Under the pieces are notes generated by a model. It was not told the DNA's origin, made no database searches, and saw only the letters and a program-made list of their open reading frames with translations. Positions 12,290-27,819 of a stretch of DNA of 64,000 nucleotides are shown here, one piece after another (within the stretch, counting starts at the first letter, position 1; every line of letters starts with the position of its first letter). The position numbers and the translations under genes were made by a program. This DNA comes from Macrostomum hystrix (Eukaryota; Animalia; Platyhelminthes), in assembly GCA_950097015.1 (NCBI GenBank), contig CATNEN010000001.1, forward strand, positions 4,092,001 to 4,156,000. The letters run 5' to 3'.

Positions 12290-12435
12290 ATATCTACTAT
12301 TAGCGCACCGAGTGAACACACGTGCATATTGGTTTTAAAATTGTGCTAATTTTTGTTTAAAGGTGCAAACTAAAAAGGAAAATATTTTGTATAACTGTAG
12401 TCTTTCATACACAATATCCTACACACAAGAAGGAT
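12290..12435 (-). repeat. right 146-bp inverted repeat of the large element
   Basis: Reverse complement of 2063-2208. Confidence 0.95.
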
Positions 12436-14147
12436 CTCACTTTCAGCTTTCTGTGCTTGGCTTCTCGAAGCACACACAACCATGTGTGATGTGAAAAGTG
12501 CGACACCCCCCATTTCACCCCCTATAACAACTGAAAATATTTTTTCTCAGCCAAGCGGTTATGCACAAGAAAACGGTTATAACACACATATATGTCTGTT
12601 GATGTGTGCCATTTTATATATTTTTTTCTAACAAACTTTTTTCATGACCTTGGGGGGTGAAATGGCGGGGGGTGAATTCAGTACTTAGTTACGTTAGCGA
12701 CATTTTACCGCACTGTTTATAACATGTTAAAAAACCGCGGTAGACTATGCGGAATTTACCGCACAGTTTAAATGACATCATTTCACTGACCAAAAGCTAG
12801 CCGCACTTCAGCCGCATCGATTTTGAAAGCAGCTTGGGCCAGCAATAAAACCTATCAAATTTTATTAAACTAATCAAAATTTCTCTGGGCCACAAGACAA
12901 GCTAAATTGGTTGAGCAAGAAATGGTTCCTAATAGTAAGATTTGGAAAATATACAGATATGCAGATACACGATATATAATTAAATAAACGGCATACAGTA
13001 ATTTCAGTTAAACTACTAGCGTGCGCGTCCCATGAGCAAAAAATTCTATTGTAAGAAAACAAACTTAGAATGGGATTTCATACAGAAAAAAGGATTTCTA
13101 ACGTTAAAAGAATTTTATTTAACTAATGTTTTTCCCTCAGGATACTTTTACAATTATTTCTCAACGTATTTGTTCTTATAACTAAGTATTCTAAATTATT
13201 GAAAACAAGCTTAGACTGACAATTCAATATAAAAATATGAAACAAAGGCATTCCAGGATGCTGTAATCGTGATTGACTGAAGTGCAGCGACTTTTTTATT
13301 GAATTTCTGAAAAATTACTTTGTTTTACTGCTGTCGCTAAAATACCGTTTTAAGGCAGTTTAAATCATTTTAAGCTATTTTAAGCTACTGGAACGCACCC
13401 ATAGTGCTAACGTAATTATAATTTCTAGGTAACGTATTTTTCAAGTTATTATGATAGTGTATTTTGTTAGTCTAGTAGTGTATTTACTTAGTCTGGTATC
13501 ATATGTAATTAGTCTAGGTAGCCTATTTAGTTATTTCGGTGAATTTACTTTATTGCATTTAATGTATGTTAGGGGCCTATGTATGTATATCGAACATAAC
13601 CTCTACCTCTCCAAAAGGTGTTACCAATAATCTCAAGTTTGCAGCAATACTTTCTACTTCTCTCTTGAATTCTCTTAGTATTTATCTCTGTATATTTATA
13701 GAGAGTTAAAGAAACTTCACTCTTATAGAGAGTATTGAATACAAATTTGGTATTAAACCACTAGCTAGCTGGTTTTCCTTTTTTCATACTCACTATAGTA
13801 GGCCCCCCTAGCCTAATTTATACAAACATGGTAGATAATCTAAAACAAAAGCAATATACAGTAAAACAAATATGCCAATTTTTGTGTGTTAAAAAAAAGA
13901 AAATTTCGTTTCTATAAATATTAATATCTTTCATTGCTCTTTATTTTACTGACATGGCACTAGAACTAAATAAAACCTAAAGTATCTAGAATTCTTTTTA
14001 TTACAAGCCACTGCTGACTTAGCTCTTTCATCAGCATTGTTTCTGTACCTACATAGCTCATGGATTTTTATCATACTTTCTTTGTCTTGTCTTGCCTTTG
14101 TTTGCTAAGCCCTTCTCTTTACTATGAATTTTGCTTTATATGCTCTA

Positions 14148-14790
14148 GGGTAATGTATCATCAACCAAACAAGAATGTGTATTTTTTTAACTTCAAACCT
14201 AAGCTACAGATTTTCTATTTAAGATATGATGATAAATCAAAAGCCAAGTTATAGAAAACAGTTACATCTTTCTAAAAAGTATCTGCTTTTGCTATTTTAT
14301 CAAATAGAAGAAAAGTTTTTCCTGCTTTTTATCTAAAACCAAACAATGATTTTCATGTATCTTCAAACCAAACAGAGAATTTGATGTTTGGTTTTACAAT
14401 TTGAGTGAGTGGTTTAATCTTATTTTAAGGAGTGAACTATCATGAATTATGTAATTTGAAAGTATTTTTCATGCTCTATAAATAACTACATTTATGGTCA
14501 TTTAATTGGCAAGCAACCACATACAATCTTCGTCTAAAGTACATACAGAAAAAAAGTTGTTAAAAAGTATGCTTTTGCAGTAAAAATTTCTACTGAAACA
14601 TCAATATCTTTCTTTCCTCTTAATGCTTCATTGCACATCATGCCTCAGCTTGTAGATAATTTCTTCAACTTTCAAATTAGTTGCTCTGTGAAACACGATA
14701 GCTTGTTTCTGTCTTGCACGAGACCAAGGAAGAGGTCAAAATTATTGTTCGGTTTTGAAGATACACTGTTTGGTTGATGATACATTACCC
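14148..14790. mobile_element. MITE copy 1 (~640 bp, TA-flanked)
   Basis: Terminal inverted repeats (TIRs) gggtaatgtatcatcaaccaaaca / tgtttggttgatgatacattaccc, TA on both sides, no ORF. Confidence 0.88.
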
Positions 14791-14917
14791 TATCTTGTAG
14801 GCCTACTGTTTGGTGGCTTATAATCTTGTTACCAGAATGATTTTTTACTTATTTAAAAATGAGAAATATACATAGACTTTAACAAACATAAGTCACTAGT
14901 GCTACATAGATGGGCTA

Positions 14918-15561
14918 GGGGCCTAATGTATGATCAACCAAACAAGAATGTGTATTTTTGTAACTTCAAACCTAAGCTACAGATTTTCTATTTAAGATAT
15001 GATGATAAATCAAAAGCCCAGTTATAGAAAACAGTTACATCTTTCTAAAAAGTAAATGCTTTTGCTATTTTATTAAATAGAAAAAAGTTATTCCTGCTTT
15101 TTATCTAAAACCGAACAATGATTTTCATGTATCTTCAAACCAAACAGAGAATTTGATGTTTGGTTTTACAATTTGAGTGAGTGGTTTAATCTTGTTTTAA
15201 GGAGTGAACTATCATGAATTATGTAATTTGAAAGCATTTTTCATGCTCTATAAATAACTACATTTATGGTCATTTAATTGGCTAGCAACCATATACAATC
15301 TTCGTCTAAAGTACAAACTGAAAAATGTTATTAAAAAGTATGCTTTTGCAATAAAAAGTTCTACTATAACATCAATATCTTTCTTTCCTCTTAATGCTTC
15401 ATTGCACATCATGCCTCAGCTTGTAGATAATTTCTTCAACTTTCAAATTAGTTGTTCTGTGAAACACAATAGCTTGTTTCTGTCTTGCACGAGACCAAGG
15501 AAGAAGTCAAAATTATTGTTCGGTTTTGAAGATACACTGTTCGGTTGATTATACATTACCC
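14918..15561. mobile_element. MITE copy 2
   Basis: Colinear with copy 1 over its full length; TIRs slightly degenerate. Confidence 0.85.
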
Positions 15562-16830
15562 TGGTCATAAGCTATTTTTTGCTTGGTCAGTTCTGTCATT
15601 TTGGATTATTTTACCCCAAGCTTTCAACTGAACTCTATTTCTATTTGTCAGTTTTAGATCTGCTATTTTGATGCACATAAAATATAAAAAATCCTTGATA
15701 CAATTTTTTTTCAAACTTCTGACTTGCAGAATAAAAGTAATAGCTTGCAAGTATAGTAAAGCTTGTGAAATAACCTGATTTTTTAAGAAATGTGTACTAT
15801 TGATATAGGTGAATTTTTTACTTGTATAAAGTAAAGAGAGAGAGAATGAGAGATCAGCCATAGGCAAAGATAACAAGAGAGAGAAATAAGTTAAAACCTA
15901 GATTAAACTAGACAAGGTAATCAAAGTGAATAGAGGACAATAAAAAGTCCCATCAAAGGAGTGGTACTTAAAGCACACATTATTATTGTGCTGTTAGAAG
16001 ATGTCCACATTGGCAAAACATAGCATTTACAATACAATGTGTCTATACCTGTGGTAGGGCCTAGCCTATTCCAACAAGTTAATGTGTAAATAAAGTGAGC
16101 ATTGTTTCTATGGGACCAAGTAGATAAGTACTACAATGATAAAAAATAGCCCATTGTATCTAAGTTCGATTTTTTGTTTCTTAAAAAGCTCAGCAGAAAA
16201 ATTAGAACATAAAATTGTCATAACCTAAAGAAGGCACTTCATATTGTTTGTGTTTTAGCGCTTATGTTTCTTTCAATTTGATGTCTCTTTTAATTTCTCT
16301 TTTACTGCAAACAGATGTCTATATATTATTGCATACTCTAGATCTTTCCCATTTACAAAAATAATAGCAACAAGTGTCCTGCATTGCACTAAGTCATGAG
16401 AAAATAATAATTATAAATAGAAGACCACTTCAAATTCCAAAAACATTTTAAGGTGTATTTTTCAAGTAAACAACCAAGATTAAATATTATAAAATTGATA
16501 TGATTTCTAAACAAAGAATATTGTTGGTAAATTAAAATTTATATATTAGCCTAAGATTAGATTAAATAAAACAATACTAAATACAATCAAAATATGAAAG
16601 CTACACATACAAAATAATTAAGATTGTACATGTCATAATGTACATATTTAAAATATTTTATGTAAAGATAAGTGACAGCTAGCAATTGGGTACCATTAAA
16701 GAAATTTTTATGCAACATTGCATTTTGCAAAATGAAAAAAAACAACAAAGTAATCCCTTAATTGTTTATTATTTCAAATTGAAAAAAAATTTTTTGTTTG
16801 TCAAGTTCTATCCTGCTTCTTACAGAGTAG

Positions 16831-18198
<1,368 letters not shown>

Positions 18199-18464
18199 TG
18201 CTGATGCTGTTTTACTACAGCTTAACTACTGCGTAGTCTACATGGACTTCAATAAATCCGTTTTTAATATTTGAATGCACCTTTTATTATAGAATTTAAT
18301 ATTATTTTTTACTACAGTAAAAGACCAAGGCTGTGTTCATTTTCGAATGTAATTTTTTTATTCGGGTCCATGTTAGTCTTGAGTTTTTTATAATGGTAGA
18401 TTAACCCAGATTTACTAGTTTGCGATTGAATAATAATATCCATGGGTTTGACTTTAGTCTACCA

Positions 18465-19995
18465 AATTGTCTCTAGATCATCAAGTTTGATCTGCCAGTT
18501 GTCTCTAGATCCTCGAGTTTGATCTGCCAGTTGTCTCTAGATCATCAAGTTTGATCTACCAGTTGTCTCTAGATCATCAAGTTTGATCTGCCAGTTGTCT
18601 CTAGATCATCAAGTTTGATCTACCAGTTGTCTCTAGATCATCAAGTTTGATCTACCAGTTGTCTCTAGATCATCAAGTTTGATCTACCAGTTGTCTCTAG
18701 ATCCTCGAGTTTGATCTGCCAGTTGTCTCTAGATCCTCGAGTTTGATCTGCCAGTTGCTCTAGATCATCAAGTTTGATCTGCCAGTTGTCTCTAGATCCT
18801 CGAGTTTGATCTGCCAGTTGTCTCTAGATCCTCGAGTTTGATCTGCCAGTTGTCTCTAGATCCTCGAGTTTGATCTGCCAGTTGTCTCTAGATCCTCGAG
18901 TTTGATCTGCCAGTTGTCTCTAGATCCTCGAGTTTGATCTGCCAGTTGCTCTAGATCATCAAGTTTGATCTGCCAGTTGTCTCTAGATCCTCGAGTTTGA
19001 TCTGCCAGTTGCTCTAGATCCTCGAGTTTGATCTGCCAGTTGTCTCTAGATCCTCGAGTTTGATCTGCCAGTTGCTCTAGATCATCAAGTTTGATCTGCC
19101 AGTTGTCTCTAGATCCTCGAGTTTGATCTGCCAGTTGCTCTAGATCCTCGAGTTTGATCTGCCAGTTGCTCTAGATCCTCGAGTTTGATCTGCCAGTTGC
19201 TCTAGATCCTCGAGTTTGATCTGCCAGTTGCTCTAGATCCTCGAGTTTGATCTGCCAGTTGCTCTAGATCATCAAGTTTGATCTGCCAGTTGTCTCTAGA
19301 TCCTCGAGTTTGATCTGCCAGTTGCTCTAGATCATCAAGTTTGATCTGCCAGTTGCTCTAGATCATCAAGTTTGATCTGCCAGTTGTCTCTAGATCCTCG
19401 AGTTTGATCTGCCAGTTGCTCTAGATCATCAAGTTTGATCTGCCAGTTGTCTCTAGATCCTCGAGTTTGATCTGCCAGTTGCTCTAGATCCTCGAGTTTG
19501 ATCTGCCAGTTGTCTCTAGATCCTCGAGTTTGATCTGCCAGTTGTCTCTAGATCCTCGAGTTTGATCTGCCAGTTGCTCTAGATCATCAAGTTTGATCTG
19601 CCAGTTGTCTCTAGATCCTCGAGTTTGATCTGCCAGTTGCTCTAGATCCTCGAGTTTGATCTGCCAGTTGCTCTAGATCCTCGAGTTTGATCTGCCAGTT
19701 GCTCTAGATCCTCGAGTTTGATCTGCCAGTTGTCTCTAGATCCTCGAGTTTGATCTGCCAGTTGCTCTAGATCATCAAGTTTGATCTGCCAGTTGTCTCT
19801 AGATCCTCGAGTTTGATCTGCCAGTTGCTCTAGATCCTCGAGTTTGATCTGCCAGTTGTCTCTAGATCCTCGAGTTTGATCTGCCAGTTGTCTCTATATC
19901 ATCTAATTAGATGAACCACTTGTCTCTAGAATATCTAGTTAATCTGCCAATTGTCTCTAGATCATCAAGTTGTCAATCTATCAGTTGTCTCTAGC
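18465..19995. repeat. 31/32-bp minisatellite
   Basis: Unit gtttgatctgccagttg(t)ctctagatcctcga, with a catcaa variant. Confidence 0.97.
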
Positions 19996-20649
19996 TCCTC
20001 AGGTATGAGGCCGTTAACAGTATCGGTCTCTCTCCATTTGGGACCCGAATAATCATAAAAGTATAACAGCTTTAAATGATTCGTTAGTCAACTAACTTTT
20101 ATGTGTTGTTATATCGTTCTGGTGTTTTTTGTTCGCTTTTGTTTGTGCAAATTTCTATTTGAGTTGTAAATATATATTTTCATTATTTCCTGCAATTTTT
20201 ATCAACTTTGTACTGGCAATATATTTAAGTCTGCGTATTATCTATTCTGTTTCATATGAATTCACTTTAATGTTTTGAATTTTTTATTTACTGTAGAAAT
20301 ATTCAGATGCACCTCTGCTATTTCACTGATATTTTTGGCTGTTTTGTAGGTCAGAAAAATTGCCGTGTTATGCAATGTTAGTTCATTATATTTATTTGTT
20401 TTCGTTTTTTATTAGCCAAAAAAAATTGCAGTAAACAACATCTACTTTGGTTAATGTGTTTTCCGCTTGTCTGAATCAGTTAATCGTTTTTAATTTTTGC
20501 ACTTTTTAATGCGAAGAATTGAAATTCTAGTCTCATGAGCGCTTGGCTCGTTGCTGCAAATTTTCTAGTTTCTAAGCTAACCTTCTAATTATCAATATTC
20601 TGCTTTGTGTTTCTCCCATTATTCTTCCGTTTACTTGATCACATTTGTC

Positions 20650-23288
20650 CTTAGTTGATCCCATCTATCTTCAGCTGATCCCATCTGTCTTCATTTAATC
20701 CCATCTATCTTCAGCTGATCCCATCTATCTTCAGTTGATCCCATCTATCTTCAGTTGATCCCATCTGTCTTCAGCTGATCCCATCTATCTTCAGTTGATC
20801 CCATCTATCTTCAGCTGATCCCATCTATCTTCAGTTGATCCCATCTGTCTTCAGTTGATCCCATCTGTCTTCAGTTGATCCCATCTATCTTCAGTTGATC
20901 CCATCTGTCTTCAGTTGATCCCATCTATCTTCAGTTGATCCCATCTGTCTTCAGCTGATCCCATCTATCTTCAGTTGATCCCATCTATCTTTAGTTGATC
21001 CTATCTATCTTCAGCTGATCCCATCTGTCTTCAGTTGATCCCATCTATCTTCAGCTGATCCCATCTATCTTCAGTTGATCCCATCTATCTTCAGTTGATC
21101 CCATCTGTCTTCAGCTGATCCCATCTATCTTCAGTTGATCCCATCTATCTTCAGCTGATCCCATCTATCTTCAGTTGATCCCATCTGTCTTCAGTTGATC
21201 CCATCTGTCTTCAGTTGATCCCATCTATCTTCAGTTGATCCCATCTGTCTTCAGTTGATCCCATCTATCTTCAGTTGATCCCATCTGTCTTCAGCTGATC
21301 CCATCTATCTTCAGTTGATCCCATCTGTCTTCAGTTGATCCCATCTGTCTTCAGTTGATCCCATCTATCTTCAGCTGATCCCATCTGTCTTCAGTTGATC
21401 CCATCTATCTTCAGTTGATCCCCATCTGTCTTCAGTTGATCCCATCTGTCTTTAGTTGATCCCATCTATCTTCAGCTGATCCCATCTGTCTTCAGTTGAT
21501 CCCATCTATCTTTAGTTGATCCTATCTATCTTCAGCTGATCCCATCTGTCTTCAGCTGATCCCATCTGTCTTTAGTTGATCCTATCTATCTTCAGCTGAT
21601 CCTATCTGTCTTCAGCTGATCCCATCTGTCTTCAGTTGATCCCATCTGTCTTCAGTTGATCCCATCTATCTTCAGCTGATCCCATCTGTCTTCAGTTGAT
21701 CCCATCTGTCTTCAGCTGATCCCATCTGTCTTCAGTTGATCCCATCTGTCTTCATCTGATCCCATCTATCTTCAGTTGATCCCATCTGTCTTCAGTTGAT
21801 CCCATCTGTCTTCAGTTGATCCCATCTATCTTCAGCTGATCCCATCTATCTTCAGTTGATCCCCATCTGTCTTCAGTTGATCCCATCTGTCTTCAGCTTA
21901 TCCCATCTGTCTTCAGTTGATCCCATCTATCTTCAGTTGATCCCCATCTATCTTCAGTTGATCCCATCTGCCTTTAGTTGATCCCATCTATCTTCAGCTG
22001 ATCCCATCTGTCTTCAGCTGATCCCATCTATCTTCAGCTGATCCCATCTATCTTCAGTTGATCCCATCTATCTTCAGTTGATCCCATCTGTCTTCAGCTG
22101 ATCCCATCTGTCTTCAGCTGATCCCATCTGTCTTCAGTTGATCCTATCTATCTTCAGTTGATCCCATCTGTCTTCAGCTGATCCCATCTATCTTCAGTTG
22201 ATCCCATCTATCTTCAGTTGATCCCATCTATCTTCAGTTCATCCCATCTGTCTTCAGCTGATCCCATCTGTCTTCAGTTGATCCCATCTGTCTTCAGTTG
22301 ATCCCATCTGTCTTCAGTTGATCCCATCTGTCTTCAGTTGATCCTATCTATCTTCAGTTGATCCCATCTGTCTTCAGCTGATCCCATCTATCTTTAGTTG
22401 ATCCCATCTATCTTCAGTTGATCCCATCTATCTTCAGTTGATCCCATCTATCTTCAGCTGATCCCATCTGTCTTCAGTTGATCCCATCTGTCTTTAGTTG
22501 ATCCCATCTATCTTCAGCTGATCCCATCTGTCTTCAGTTGATCCCATCTATCTTTAGTTGATCCTATCTATCTTCAGCTGATCCTATCTGTCTTCAGCTG
22601 ATCCCATCTGTCTTCAGTTGATCCCATCTGTCTTCAGTTGATCCCATCTGTCTTCAGTTGATCCCATCTATCTTCAGCCGATCCCATCTATCTTTAGTTG
22701 ATCTTATCTATCTTCAGCTGATCCTATCTGTCTTCAGCTGATCCCATCTGTCTTCAGTTGATCCCATCTGTCTTCAGTTGATCCCATCTGTCTTCAGCTG
22801 ATCCCATCTGTCTTCAGTTGATCCCATCTGTCTTCATCTGATCCCATCTATCTTCAGTTGATCCCATCTTTCTTCAGTTGATCCCATCTGTCTTCAGTTG
22901 ATCCCATCTGTCTTCAGTTGATCCCATCTATCTTCAGCTGATCCCATCTGTCTTCAGTTGATCCCATCTGTCTTCAGCTGATCCCATCTGTCTTCAGTTG
23001 ATCCCATCTGTCTTCATCTGATCCCATCTATCTTCAGTTGATCCCATCTTTCTTCAGTTGATCCCATCTGTCTTCAGCTGATCCCATCTATCTTCAGTTG
23101 ATCCCATCTATCTTCAGTTGATCCCATCTGTCTTCAGCTGATCCCATCTATCTTCAGTTGATCCCATCTATCTTCATTTGATCCCATCTATCTTCAGTTG
23201 ATCCCATCTGTCTTCAGTTGATCCCCATCTGTCTTCAGCTGATCCCATCTATCTTAAGTTGATCCCATCTGTCTTCAGTTGATCCCAT
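20650..23288. repeat. 20-bp minisatellite (~130 copies)
   Basis: Unit tcag(t/c)tgatcccatct(a/g)tct. Confidence 0.97.
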
Positions 23289-25861
23289 CAACAGAATTTA
23301 ATTTAGTTAGTATATAAAAGCATGCTATATTTTGTGAAATTACAAAGTGCGTTCTGCAAGTTCTACTATAAGTAGACGGTTTCGAATCAATGTACATATG
23401 CAATTCGCGATAATTATTTAGGATATTTGTTTCTGCATAATATATAATACAATATTGCCATGATTGTTCACTTCTGTTCTGTCTCATTATAATATAGTTT
23501 TTCTATTTTTTTTTAATGCGCTCACATTTTTAATCTAATACACGGCATTGCGACTACCAGCGGTTGTTGCAACCAACATGTAAAGTAGCTGGAATGCATG
23601 TTGTTCTAAAATATGTTCTAATTAAAAATTAAATTACTTTATTTTTGTTGTCTGATATCTAGCTAGAGAAGACATAATTTTAGGTGTTTATTTTTGTGTT
23701 GCTATTCTTATTTTTTTGTTTTTAGCGCGCTGAACATTTTGGCACTAGTATAAATTCAATAATTATGTTGCACTCTCTCTTTATCGACTATTTTCTCGCG
23801 TTTACCATTAGGCATGGCATATTTTTCTTGTTGCTAACTGCCAGCTTGCTATTATAAATTTCAGTATATCAAACCAGTTTGCATGCTGACTATTTTTGTT
23901 CTAAAAATAATTTGCAGTACGCTGATATGACATTTGATGCTTGTTGTAAATGAAAGTCAATTATAATAAACAGTTCCCAAAAGTTGCTAAAACCGAGATC
24001 TTCCGTGATACAAAGAACATTATTGTCTGGGAAAACAATATTTTCACGTACGGTTGTGAGTTTGCTTCCGTGCGTGTGTAAAACAAGTGTAACTATGATT
24101 TATAAAAAATTCTTTCTGATAGTCATTCTGATTTGGCTTCGAACTCTTTAAAGAGACAAATTAAGTCTTACCCTGACAACTAGTAGCATACTAGTAGGAC
24201 TAGAGGATGACCCTAGTTGACAATCTTACATTCTGCCTTGTAAGATCTGACTTATCCTATAAAATCTTGGCAGAACTGCTAAGATCTGTTAGGAATGGGT
24301 AAGAAAATAAAATATGCGCTAACTGTCACGGCTACCAAAAAAACAAATTTAACTGTGTTGCAGTTATTCTTGTAGTAAAAAACTTCCATTTTTTCTAATT
24401 CTCATTAAGTCTGCTTCCTTTGGGTTTCTTGACAGATATGATCAGATCCGGCAAGAGACAGTAAGATGTCACAGCTATAGTAAATAAAAAAATAATGTTT
24501 TCACCAACAACTATTCTCTTGAAAAGTCAGTTCATTAATGATTTACAACATTTTGGAAGTGAGAAACAATAAAATTTTTGGTATAGTCATTCAGTTTACT
24601 TTTTTGTTTTTTTCACAGATATGGTCAGATCTGACAAGTCAACCTGATAAGTATGCAAAATAATTTGTACATTTAATATTTTCCGAAGTTCACATTGTAT
24701 ATAGCAAATATTTAAGTGCACACATGCATAACGATACATGCATAACGATTTCGAACGATACCGTTCAACAGGTATTTTAAATATTCTTTCCCTTGAACTG
24801 AACATATTGTGCAATTTGTATAAAACTGGCAGATTCCAGTGTTCGTTGGTAAACCACAAACACCATTAAAATTAAAAAATAAGTAATAAGAAACTATTTA
24901 AGCGAAATATATATGCACATTTGTCTAACGTACAAGGGCCGCGATTATAGATAATTAACTGTTTTTGTTTTAACACTTAACATTTGAACATTTTTGCCAG
25001 CTTTTTCTCGCTATTCTTTTTCTTTTATCACATTCATCACATAAATTATATACACTTTCTTTACTTTACTGCTCTCCTGGATTTCTAATTTCTAAATCTC
25101 GCATATTGTAGGCATTTATTCTGTTGCATATCAAACATACCGCTCCAATGCAGAGCTCAATCACTACCACGCCCAAATCTTCCTCCTCAAAAAGGCAATT
25201 AAGACAGAATCCACTAACTCGAGTCCAGGAGATTAAATTGAACTCAACATACTGCATATTGTGGTATAATAGTACTAAGTAATAGTACTTTAGTCAGACT
25301 TTTATACTGAGTGATGGCCGATTCGAGACATATTCAGCAGAAGAGCGCCTACGTTGGAGTGCTGTGAGCCATTGCAAGTTAGACTGTAGTATAGTGCATA
25401 GGCTTGTTTGATATCTAGGCGGCTATGGGCCTAGATCTTTAGGCTGTCTAACTCTAATGTTAAGAATTATAAACATGTTATAACTAAGCAATATTATTAA
25501 CTGTATAAGCTGGTAGTATGTTTTATATTAGCTTAAATAAAAACTTGAGATTCCTTGATTTTCTATTGCTTAACAATTTAGTCTTAAGACGATATATATT
25601 CCATCCATACTCTGGATTGTCATGGCAGAGTATATGCTGGACATAAGTGAATATTTCTTGCCATATACCAATCTACATAAAAAATGATCAGGGCTAACAT
25701 TTTGTATTCAACAGTTAGGTTAAGTACAAATTATAAAATGTATTCTGGGAATCATAAAAAACTTACCAATTATTATTAAAACAGAAGAAAAATATATAAT
25801 CATATACATGCATGTCATAATTTAAGAACAGTTCAATAATTTACAATCATTATTATATATA

Positions 25862-26505
25862 GGGTAATGTATCATCAACCAAACAAGTTTATTTTTTAAC
25901 TTCAAACCTAAGCTATAGATTTTCTATTTAAGATATGATGATAAATCAAAATCCAAGTTATAGAAAACAGTTACATCTTTCTAAAAAGTATCTGCTTTTG
26001 CTATTTTGTCAAATAGAAAAAAGTTATTCCTGCTTTTTATCTAAAACCAAACTATGATTTTCATGTATCTTCAAACCAAACAGAGAATTTGATGTTTGGT
26101 TTTACAATTTGAGTGAGTGGTTTAATCTTATTTTAAGGAGTGAACTATCAAGAATTATGTGATTTGAAAGCATTTTTCATGCTCTATAAATAACTACATT
26201 TATGGTCATTTAATTGGCTATTGGCAAGCAACCACATACAATCTTTGTCGAAAGTACCTACTGAAAAAATGTTGTCAAAAAGTATGCTTTTGCAATAAAA
26301 AATTCTACTGAAACATCAATATCTTTTTTCCTCTTAATGCTTCATTGAACATCATGCCTCAGCTTGTAGACAATTTCTTCAACTTTCTAATTAGATGTTC
26401 TATGAAACACACTAGCTTGTTTCTGTCTTGCACGAGACCAAGGAAAGAGTCAAAATTATTGTTCAGTTTTGAAGTGCACTGGTTGATGATACATTAGGCC
26501 TACCC
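25862..26505. mobile_element. MITE copy 3, nested inside the CACTA-like element
   Basis: Same body as 14148-14790; right TIR interrupted by a ggccta insertion. Confidence 0.87.
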
Positions 26506-27423
26506 TAATAAAATGATTATTGTTTTTTCGAAATTTTGTCTCGAAATTTTCTTTCGACATTTTATCTAATAAAAAACTCTAGTAAGTGTGTTGCCTATAA
26601 AAATGGTCAAGAAAACCCAAAGTTGCAGATATAATTTTAGAAAATCAACCTATATTGAACTATATAGTTTATATAAAGTAATCATATTTATATATTTGAT
26701 ATTAAATGGGGTTAAAAATATGTACATTGTCATTTAACCCTTCTTATTTTTGTGCCTGTCACTTGGCTTAATTCATTTACACTAGAGATAAGGTAGTGAA
26801 TATTCTAGTGAATCTATGCATCTTTTATGTGTATCTAGATGCTATGCTGGTTGTTTTTGCTACTTGATTTTTAAGGGAAATTTTTTTTAGCTGAATTCAA
26901 GGGAAATTGTGTAATGATTGGGCAGCTATAGTTCAGATTATATAATACATATGCCTAAAATTTTTTATGCATCTATATTACTAGCAATGTTCAGTTTAAC
27001 TCAATTACAATATACTTTTATCACTCTATCCATAACCCCAACCCTAAGTGCATCTTTCTTGACTAGGTAATCTTTATTAACTTTTGATTTAAAAAGTAAA
27101 GTGTAACATGCTATAGCAAATAGCAAAGCAATAGGCATAGCTTAGCTAGGTAAAGGCATTTTTAGCAAATTAAGCAACTTAGTAACATTTTCATTTTCAC
27201 ATTGCATGAAATTTTGGCTTTAATATCTGTATATAGATTCCTTAATAACTTTATTTCCTTTTCTTTCTTTTCTTAGGGAGCAACGGTTTTGGTCAACGAA
27301 AATGAGCAGAAGCATGTTGCTGCTTGATTGGTTTTTCATCAAAGTCCTCGAGCGGCTCAAACATTTCAGTTTATTCAAGGAAGAAAGGCGAGCTGAGGCC
27401 GATCACGCCGGACACCTGAATCA

Positions 27424-27801
27424 ATGAAGATTAATGGCATCTCTTTTCACAGTATCAGCAATAAGCGCAAAGGTTCATCTGTCAGTTATATCTGCGAGTA
27501 TCAGCAGCCCGATTCGAACGCGAGATGCTTTGGCACGATTCTAAAGTTTGAATCCGAAACGGGCGCTACAGTTGCTCCTCTCCCCAAAGCGACACATTTT
27601 CAGACGCATTTCAGCATGTGCACTGATGTGCCGCTAATCGATCTGTTCGTTCTCGAGCGGGATCGACAAGATGTCCCGATCTCTGAGGACCAGTTAAAGG
27701 TCGACTGCAGATATCTACGCCGAAAGTGTGTACTAATCCCTTTAGCGAACTCGAAAATTACTTTTGTCGCACCTATTTTGCTACTAAATGAACATAATTA
27801 A
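27424..27801 (+). pseudogene. probable C-terminal fragment of an EnSpm-type transposase
   Basis: INGISFHSISNKRKGSSVSYICEY..RCFGTILKF..LRRKCV resembles the C-termini of animal CACTA transposases. It lies within the CCC..GGG element. Confidence 0.5.
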
Positions 27802-27819
27802 ACTGTCATTGCTCATTCC

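Larger units (their letters stand above)
2063..12435. mobile_element. ~10.4-kb inverted-repeat-bounded DNA transposon, Mutator/NOF-like, decayed, carrying cargo ORFs
   Basis: 2063-2208 is the exact reverse complement of 12290-12435 (146 bp, atccttcttgtgtgtagg...gtagatat). The interior holds a MULE-type transposase pseudogene (+) and two related ORFs (-). No TSD was found at these ends. Confidence 0.8.

Noticed and set aside
12505-12675. Small inverted repeat ccccccatttcaccccc / ggggggtgaaatggcgggggg as a MITE
   Set aside because: It is a single low-complexity instance with no TSD and may be part of the large element's flank.
18358-20052. 12-bp inverted repeat (ttattcgggtcc / ggacccgaataa) around the 32-bp array as transposon ends
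   Set aside because: It is too short, does not extend and has no TSD, so an element cannot be supported.
18465-23288. Regular 20-32-bp repeats as CRISPR arrays
   Set aside because: The units are head-to-tail with no unique spacers, there are no cas genes, and the context is spliced eukaryotic genes.
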